In this document: positions 48,584 through 64,000 of the stretch, one piece after another
Position numbering within the stretch: position 1 is the stretch's first letter
Layout of the letters: each line of letters starts with the position of its first letter
The notes under the pieces: model-generated
What the model saw: the letters and a program-made list of their open reading frames with translations, nothing else
What the model was told of the DNA's origin: nothing
Databases searched by the model: none
Translations under genes and position numbers: made by a program
Origin: Eledone cirrhosa
Taxonomy: Eukaryota
Direction: 5' to 3'
Length of the DNA stretch: 64,000 bases
NCBI GenBank assembly: GCA_964016885.1
Contig: OZ024749.1
Location: forward strand, 18,724,001-18,788,000

Positions 48584-50158
48584 TTAACTGTATACTTTGT
48601 GAAAAGTTCTATGGAATTTATGCAGGCAGATAGAAAACAAATCTGTGCGTCTATTTATTATAGAATCTAGGTTAGAGATAATGGTAAATTTTTCATTTAG
48701 GCAGAGATTACAGATTTTAGATAGAGAGCTGTTCAAGTATGAGGATGCAGAAGAAATCTTCTTCCAAAAGATGGTATATTTAATGTTTTTGTCTTTTAAG
48801 GACCATATGAGTTCTGAGAGAGCAGTGTTAGTTCTTTTAAGTTTGTATTTGAAAGATGAATGATGATTATAGAGACGAGCTTTAAAAGAGGTGGAAGTGG
48901 AGCCAAAATAGGTGAAGGAATTGGTGCTAGTTATAATTTTACATTCATAAATTAAGTTTTTATCGAGGCAATGGTTGTTGAGAGGACATTTATTTTTAAT
49001 GCGGCAGTTGCAATTAGAGAGATTATTAATGAGTGATCTAGTGTTATCTATAGAAGGAATTGGATTGGAGAAGTTGTTTGCGATAGGAATAATAGGAATA
49101 ATAGTTTCTTGATTTAGAGTTGGATTATGAACATTTAGCGAAGTTGTGTTTGACGTTGTATTTGGGTTTACAGAAGTTAGCCTAGGGTTTACAATGACGT
49201 CGGGAGTACTATTACTGTTATTATGAAATTCAATATTGGAAGGAAGAAATTTAGTATTTAGTATTTTATTGTTGTGTTTAGAGATGATGTTGGAAATATT
49301 GGAGGATGTAGAATACGAAAATTTGATGGTGTGTTTGTTAAATATTTTACTATAGATATGTGAGGGAGGGAAGCATTTATTTAAGGCACTAAAAAATAAT
49401 TTAGGAATATTGTTATTAATAGAGATGGAGAAAGGAGCATTATACCAGATTATGTTTTTGTATCTAGGTCTTTTATTAAAATTATTGGAATGGTCATGAT
49501 TAATTATTCTACTGTAAGTTTTTCTAGAATTTGTTTCTTTACTATATTTGATTTTATCTGGATAGCCGGCTTTAGAAAGTGCGTTATTATAGTAATTGGC
49601 GTTAGCATCAAAGATGTTTTTATTAGAAGATATGTTAGATATTCTATTTCCAATATTATTAACTATAGCATTCTTGATATTGGTAGGATGGTTAGATTTA
49701 AAGTTAACATAATTAAGGTTCTCATTGTTTTTATGGTAAGGGTAATATAGGCCAGTGTCAAGATTAAGAGATACATCCAAGAAATTAGCTAGTTTGATAC
49801 TATTATCAAATTCAATTTTTAGGTTATGTTGGTTAAAGAGATTACGTATATTGTTCTTAATAATATTAAGGTTAACTATATTGCAATTTAGGATAGTAAA
49901 GAGTCCATCGTCACGATAAATTCCACCGCGAAGTTGAGGAATTTTCCGACTCAAAGAGTTCAAAATGAAGATACCAATTAAATCAGTCAATTGGGATGAA
50001 TCGGATGCTCCCATTGTGATGTCGAAGTTGTTAGAGGTATCGGCTCTGGTCCAATATTCGTTGTTGAACTCTAGGATGGTTTTACGTGCGGTGAGGATAA
50101 TGTGAAGTTCATCTGTGGTGATGTCAGAATATTTAAGTGCGAAAGATAGAGCATTATT
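48584..50158 (-). pseudogene. PLE RT (partial) + GIY-YIG
   Basis: Frame open upstream of M50014 (HIILTARKT..FDITMG); YRDD, CNCRIKNKCPLNNHC, LIY..YFG. Confidence 0.9.
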
Positions 50159-50355
50159 AGATGGACAGCCTATTTCTATGACCAGCGCCTAAAATTTAAT
50201 TTCGTTTCGTTATTTGTTTTTATCGTTTCCGCTGAACCGGTGCGTACAATGACTCACGTTCTATGCAAATTAGTCTACCCACTACTAATTTTCATAGAAA
50301 AAGCATATAACGATATGTGCTTTTACAATTCTCCAGAGAAGCCGGAAGATGGGTA

Positions 50356-50400
50356 AATATTGCTGATGAGATGTAATAACATCGAAACTAGACCAATGTT
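50356..50400 (+). ncRNA. Type I HHR with U16.1 changed to A (probably inactive)
   Basis: AATATTG CTGATGA GATG taataa CATC GAAA CTAG AC CAATGTT. Confidence 0.7.
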
Positions 50401-50824
50401 CCTGTCTGGCCCTCTGGAGAATAGAGGAAATGTGTTTCCTTGAAACCTCGTATGACTCTAAAACCCGGTCCGTCTGTGTGGTTACATACAGACTAGCTGA
50501 CACTCACTGTAAAGTGTCTAGTGAAAAACTGAGTACATGTACAGATGTATACATGTGTGTATTTATATGCATACTAATACTTCCGTATACATATGTAGAT
50601 GTACACTTTAACTTAATTGTTTAAGCGTCAGTCATACAAAAGTGAGTTAGAAGCGAAACGAAATTTAATTTCGTTTCGTTATTTGTTTTTATCGTTTCCG
50701 CTGAACCGGTGCGTACAATGACTCACGTTCTATGCAAATTAGTCTACCCACTACTAATTTTCATAGAAAAAGCATATAACGATATGTGCTTTTACAATTC
50801 TCCAGAGAAGCCGGAAGATGGGTA

Positions 50825-50869
50825 AATATTGCTGATGAGATGTAATAACATCGAAACTAGTCCAATGTT
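50825..50869 (+). ncRNA. Canonical minimal type I HHR
   Basis: AATATTG CTGATGA GATG taataa CATC GAAA CTAG TC CAATGTT. Confidence 0.9.
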
Positions 50870-51160
50870 CCTGTCTGGCCCTCTGGAGAATAGAGGAAAT
50901 GTGTTTCCTTGAAACCTCGTATGACTCTAAAACCCGGTCCGTCTGTGTGGTTACATACAGACTAGCTGACACTCACTGTAAAGTGTCTAGTGAAAAACTG
51001 AGTACATGTACAGATGTATACATGTGTGTATTTATATGCATACTAATACTTCCGTATACATATGTAGATGTACACTTTAACTTAATTGTTTAAGCGTCAG
51101 TCATACAAAAGTGAGTTAGAAGCGAAACGAAATTTAATTTCGTTTCGTTATTTGTTTTTA

Positions 51161-55072
<3,912 letters not shown>

Positions 55073-55231
55073 GTATATATACAGTATTTTCCGTTGTGTT
55101 GTAATATAAATATTACACACAGTAGATTATCAGCTCACGTAGAGTTTGCTCGACGGTTCCAGTTGTAGTTCCAAAAGTAATCCGGAGAAAAATAGAAAGA
55201 TTTGAATGGATACAGTTTAGTTGAAAGGAAT

Positions 55232-55348
55232 TTATTGACACGTGTTTCTATAACAGTTACATAACCTAAAACAGCTATCTACAAACTTTTAGTTATGTAG
55301 ACATTCAATATTTCAATGTTATTATTTACTGTCATTTCATCAGAATAA
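55232..55348 (-). ncRNA. Type I HHR with about 90-nt stem II region
   Basis: TTATT CTGATGA aATGACAGT...ACTGTTATa GAAA CACGTG TC AATAA; inverted fragment at 56112-56163. Confidence 0.8.
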
Positions 55349-55912
55349 TATTACTGAGGACCTATTTAGTTTTTATAGAGAATATTAGGAGGGAGGGGTG
55401 AAGTTGTTAGAAGAATAGTTGAAGGAGTGGTTTTTCGATAGCAGTGAGAATTCTTGGTGGCAGTGAGTAATTAGATTTTCATCTGTTGTTTTGACATTTT
55501 TTATAGAATATATTATTGGTTATTTTTCTAAATCTATAGAAGGATTAGAGATAGTAAAGATATGCGTGGTTGGTTTTGTGTTTGCACTTAACATTCAGAC
55601 TTAAATTTTTCTTTCAAGTGTACGTATTCTTTCACCCACGCATTCACACACAAATATATTTGCACACCTCTACAAAATACATATACTCACAATTCACATA
55701 TTCATACTTACATATATATACACATGCATACACATATATATACACACATGTATTCATGTACATACATACGCGCTCATGTGTATACATTTTCATACTCAAC
55801 TTATCTTTATATATACACACGTATAGACACACACATATATACATACATACTCTAGTCCATGTGTACACACATACACATACATACACATCCATATACACAT
55901 ACATACATACAC

Positions 55913-55985
<73 letters not shown>

Positions 55986-56162
55986 CATATATACACATAT
56001 ATACATATACACACATATATATATATATATATAAGCACTTTAATACATGAATACACTTACATCTAACTATACACATCAAACATATATATATATTTACTTA
56101 TTTATATACATACGTGTCAATAAATTCCTTTCAACTAAACTGTATCCATTCAAATCTTTCTA

Positions 56163-56224
<62 letters not shown>

Positions 56225-56273
56225 CGATATTAAATAAATGGAAACTATATTTATAAAACCATATTTATTTCAT

Positions 56274-56768
<495 letters not shown>

Positions 56769-56774
56769 AATATA

Positions 56775-56945
<171 letters not shown>

Positions 56946-56948
56946 GTA

Positions 56949-57037
<89 letters not shown>

Positions 57038-57060
57038 ATATATATATATATGTATATATG

Positions 57061-57239
<179 letters not shown>

Positions 57240-57240
57240 G

Positions 57241-57295
<55 letters not shown>

Positions 57296-57296
57296 G

Positions 57297-58979
<1,683 letters not shown>

Positions 58980-59179
58980 GTAGATAAATCTACCAAGAGT
59001 TTACGGTAGTGTCCAATCCGTATGAAGAACTCAATGTAATCCGGATATCATGGAAAGAAGAGATGCAATGAAAAATCACTTTCGGTGAAAGATAAACGGA
59101 ATACAGAGTCAAGATAAAATATTTAAAAAATAATGAATAAAACAATGAAACAGTTCCTTACATTAAACAAAAAAAGTTT

Positions 59180-59327
59180 ATTATTTAACGATCGTTTCTA
59201 GGATATATATGTGTTAGAATTGGCATGCATATTCAACAGATCTATGTACAAAATTATACAAAATTATACAAACTATCAAAATTAAATATACATACCAACA
59301 CATATATATGCCGTCTTCAGAAATAAT
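59180..59327 (-). ncRNA. Type I HHR with about 115-nt stem II region
   Basis: ATTATTT CTGAAGA cGGcATATATATGTGTTGG...CTAACACATATATATCCta GAAA CGATCG TT AAATAAT. Confidence 0.8.
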
Positions 59328-59920
59328 GAAATATATTTATTGATAATAACAACAATTCAAAATCACAGGTCTGTTTGGGAACAGAGTTCAAATTGACCAA
59401 TGAAAACACAAAAAGTTTATACAGTTAGGTGTGTGTATATATGTAAGTAACTTCGTTCACAGATATGCATAAAAATATATGTTCACATGCATACGTATGC
59501 CGAAAAGATGTATGTAAATACAAAAATTCAAGGCTAATGTCTCTGTATGTTTATAATCTACAGATAAAATACGTATACGCATATAAACATATAAATATAA
59601 AAATAAATATTTATACACATTCATATACTCACACATATACGTACATTCACACACACACGCGCGTATACGCATAAACATACACACAACCACGAACATACAT
59701 ACACACACCCCCACACACATATATGTGTATATACTATTATCATAAGCATATGGACATTAATGCGCGCACATAAACACTGCCACACATATTTAGATCCAGA
59801 TACAGAAAGTAGGTGGGGGGGAAGAGGTCAGTATTTACCGGTGTCAGCAAACTGCCTATTTATAAATGTATCTATAAATTTAGAAATAAAAAGAAAAAGA
59901 AAAAAGAAATATATTAAGAA

Positions 59921-59981
<61 letters not shown>

Positions 59982-60253
59982 AAGTAAAATATAAAATATA
60001 CATCGATATACATACATATACATATATATATATATATATACATATATATACACATACATATACATACACATATACATAAACACATACATACACATACATA
60101 TACATACAGACACCATATAAATACACATACACATACACACACGCATACATATAGAGACACATACATATACACATATACATACATAGACATATACACATAT
60201 ACACACATATATACACACACATACACACATACATATATATATATACATTCACA

Positions 60254-60295
<42 letters not shown>

Positions 60296-60385
60296 CTACA
60301 CACATATATATAAACACACTCATGTATATACACACATACACAAACATACCCACACACATATATATATATATATACACACATACAC

Positions 60386-60430
<45 letters not shown>

Positions 60431-60809
60431 CATACACACATATACACATACACATATACAAAGATATATATACATACACACACACATATAATAAATATAT
60501 ATATATATATACACACATATATACATACATACATACACACACATACTCATACAAAGACATACATATATAGACACACACATACACACATACATATACGCAT
60601 ATATACACATACATACACATCCATGTATGCGTATATACATACAAACACCACCACACGCTCACACAACTCAGACATACATAAATAAAGAGATATACATACA
60701 CATATATACATATATAAAAAGAGATACATATACACATATAAATATATACACACGTACACACACACACACACATACATACACATACATACATACACACATA
60801 CATATATAT

Positions 60810-60865
<56 letters not shown>

Positions 60866-60946
60866 GTTATTCCGGGTTGAATCGGAGGTAACCACAGTAA
60901 GTAAGGTACTCAATACGTAGCAGAGTATAACAAGTAAAACGAGTAA

Positions 60947-61013
<67 letters not shown>

Positions 61014-61107
61014 TATAAAAAAATAAAGAAATAAAATAAATAAATAAATTAATTAATTGATACACACAGTCAGACAAATATGCACACACATACATATACA
61101 TATATAT

Positions 61108-61138
<31 letters not shown>

Positions 61139-61172
61139 CATACATATACATATACACATACACACATCAACT

Positions 61173-61234
<62 letters not shown>

Positions 61235-61353
61235 TCACATATACATGCGCACATACGTACATATATACACATACACACATATACACATAGACGTATACAT
61301 GTGCATACATATACATACACACATATACCCACATAAATACATAGATAGATATA

Positions 61354-61385
<32 letters not shown>

Positions 61386-62051
61386 CATATATATATATAT
61401 ACACACAATCATACACCCTTATTTACATGCGCACATATGTATTTTTATACTCACATACAAACACCCAAACATACATACCTACCTACATATACATACATAC
61501 ATCCACGCTTACAAATACAAATAATAATAGGGGGGGGGGGGATTATAGTAAATATAGGTTTCAAGAAACATAGAATATTAATCTGCATCTAGATCATAAT
61601 ATGTGTTTACATAGTAGTTTCAGTATTAGGAAATGTAAGAAAGAAGGCAAAATTATGCATTTTAATATAAGTAGACTATTAATTATAGGTTAACTAAATT
61701 AAAGATAGTTAATATATTTATTTCTAAGGTGTATACTACTTAGGTTTATAATATTTGAAGCGGAATTTTGAAGTTAAATAGTAGTAGAGTATTAATTATA
61801 GTATAACTAAATTAAAATTATTAACGTTATGGTATCAATATTAGGAAATTAATTTAGTAATAGGGAAAAAAACAAATAAAGTATTACATCGGTAGTAGAA
61901 TATAAATTATAGGTTAACTAAATTAAAAATTATATATTAATTTCTATAGTATATGTTAATTAGGTTTATAATAATTAAAACAGATATTGTATTTTATCTA
62001 TAGTAGAATATAATTATAGGTAAACAGAAATTAAAATTAATACATACACGC

Positions 62052-62134
<83 letters not shown>

Positions 62135-62620
62135 CACATATATACATACATATACATATTTTTTCAAAAATTGCAAAGAATATATTAACTAGGTATACAT
62201 CCAAAACCTATCTCAGTCTATGATTACATGACACTCTGCAATCCATCTGTATTAGGATATTAATTTTAAGCCAATTAAATTAAATTTTTAGGTTAACCAA
62301 ATTTAAAACCAAATTATAAATATATTTCTAAAATGTACATTCATTAGGTCTATAATATTAAAAATTATTTCTCTGTCATTGAATACACGATATTTTGTTA
62401 TATTTTATCTGTAAATGAATTTTAATAAAAGGTTAAATAAATTAAAATTAATCTATAAATTAATTTACGAAGTATATATTAGTAATATTTAAAAGTTTTT
62501 CACAATTTATGATTACACAATATTTTATAATCTCATCTGTAGTAGAATTTTAATTAAATTAAATTTATAGGTTAACTAACATTTAAATTAAATTATATAT
62601 TAATTTCTAAAATAATGTTA

Positions 62621-63759
62621 TTAATTAGGTTTATAATATTTAAATGTTTTTCTTAGTTTATGATTACACGATATAATTAATTCCTGTCGTTTATTTAATA
62701 GGATATCCTTAGATTTCATTATTTCAAATAGTTCTTGGGAACATAATCTACATTCATTTCTATTATTTTGATAAGGGGTGGCTCTTTTGAGCACACTCCA
62801 GGTCATATCATATTCTATATTCTTATTTTTATAACTATTGATTTTTTCTGCTAGAGATGTTGTATTAGCCAGTGCGGCATTTTTAAAACTATGTTTGTGG
62901 GTATTAAACCTTACCTTAAAATTGTTAGAAGTAGCTCCTATATATGAGCAAATAGAATCTTTAGTTTTAACATTACATTTATAAACTATGTTGTTAACAA
63001 GACAATTTCCTTTTAATGGGCAGTTTGCTTTGTTTCTACAGTTACAACCTTTCGTTAATTCTGTATTTGAGGAGATATTATGGTTAGTTTGATGTATTGG
63101 TGGTATACTTATGGTATTCTTACATTTATATGCATTATAGGCACTTATATTTTGTTTTATGTTATTTGTTGTTGAGTATGAGAATTTAACTGTAGACCTA
63201 TTTAAGATTTGATGGTATTTGTGGTTTGGCGGGAAGTTTTTCTCTAGGATATAAAAAAAGTTTTTAGCAATATTATCCTTAATTTGTAAATTAAATGGAG
63301 CATTATACCAAGTAACTCGTCTATTACGGTTTCTATGTTGTTTATTATTTTTATAGGTTGTATCGTGATGTTTACTAGGAGGATTAATGTTAATGATCTC
63401 ACCACGCACATTTTTAGTTAGATTTGTAGATTTAGGTGTTTTATCTTGTTTATTAGGAGTTTTATTATTAACATTTATTAGAGTTGTATGATGAGTAGTT
63501 TTTTGAGAGTTACTATACTTTATATTAGAAGAGTTGTTGGTATTTTGGGGTATAGTGTGGGTGGCATTTAGGTGTGTACTTTTCATTTGGTGTTTGTTGG
63601 TAATATTATGTTGTATGTTTATAGTATTTTTAGTAGAAGGTATATATTCTAATCTATTTTTGTGGCCACTTCTATCTAGAGCTTCGTTATAGAAGGTCGC
63701 ATTTTTATCAAATACATCTTGGTTAGAAGAAAGGTTAGAAATTCTAAGTGATATATTAT
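62621..63759 (-). pseudogene. PLE thumb/linker + GIY-YIG fragment
   Basis: RISNLSSN..YNEAL upstream in frame; WYNAPF, CNCRNKANCPLKGNC, IVY..YIG..FKVRFNTH. Confidence 0.9.
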
Positions 63760-63916
63760 GTGTGTATGTGTGTGTGTATATATGTATGTCTTTGTATGAG
63801 TATGTGTGTGTATGTATGTATGTATATATATGTGTGTATATATATATATATATTTATTATATGCGTGTGTGTATGTATATATATCTTTGTATATGTGTAT
63901 GTGTATATGTGTGTAT

Positions 63917-63984
<68 letters not shown>

Positions 63985-64000
63985 GTGTATGTGTATGTGT

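Larger units (their letters stand above)
47461..50160 (-). mobile_element. Naiad-type PLE, 5'-truncated
   Basis: RT-GIY-YIG frame, 3' UTR with an internal duplication (about 47675-47850 and 47870-48070), HHR at 47493. Confidence 0.88.
50192..51160 (+). mobile_element. Retrozyme-like tandem, 469-bp unit x2.1
   Basis: Near-identical units, one HHR each. Confidence 0.85.
58980..64000 (-). mobile_element. Naiad-type PLE, 5'-truncated, with about 3.6-kb 3' UTR and an inverted UTR copy at the 5' junction
   Basis: ORF remnant; 63760-64000 is the reverse complement of about 60377-60585; HHR at 59180 assigned by inference. Confidence 0.7.

Overview
AT-rich eukaryotic heterochromatin-like window with no host genes. 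A cephalopod such as Octopus is my inference from composition and a recalled LINE/SINE tail motif. Kilobase (TA)n arrays are filled with retroelements: five Penelope-like elements (four Naiad-type, one apparently intact at 11476-14364; one Neptune-type), six copies of two APE-RT LINE families, and a tRNA-derived SINE. The hidden layer is RNA. Reading both strands, I find about 23 type I hammerhead ribozyme (HHR) motifs in about 13 sequence families. They sit in PLE pseudo-LTRs, in three non-coding tandem families (469, 556 and 593-595 bp units; retrozyme-like) and in fold-back palindromes. Four families use a compensatory U3-A8 core, several have very long stem II inserts, and almost all have palindromic stem III. 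The TA arrays show strand-polarised A>G interruptions that mostly follow the sense strand of the adjacent element. All folds were done by eye and no ribozyme activity is demonstrated. The YIYI-type ORFs are microsatellite artefacts.
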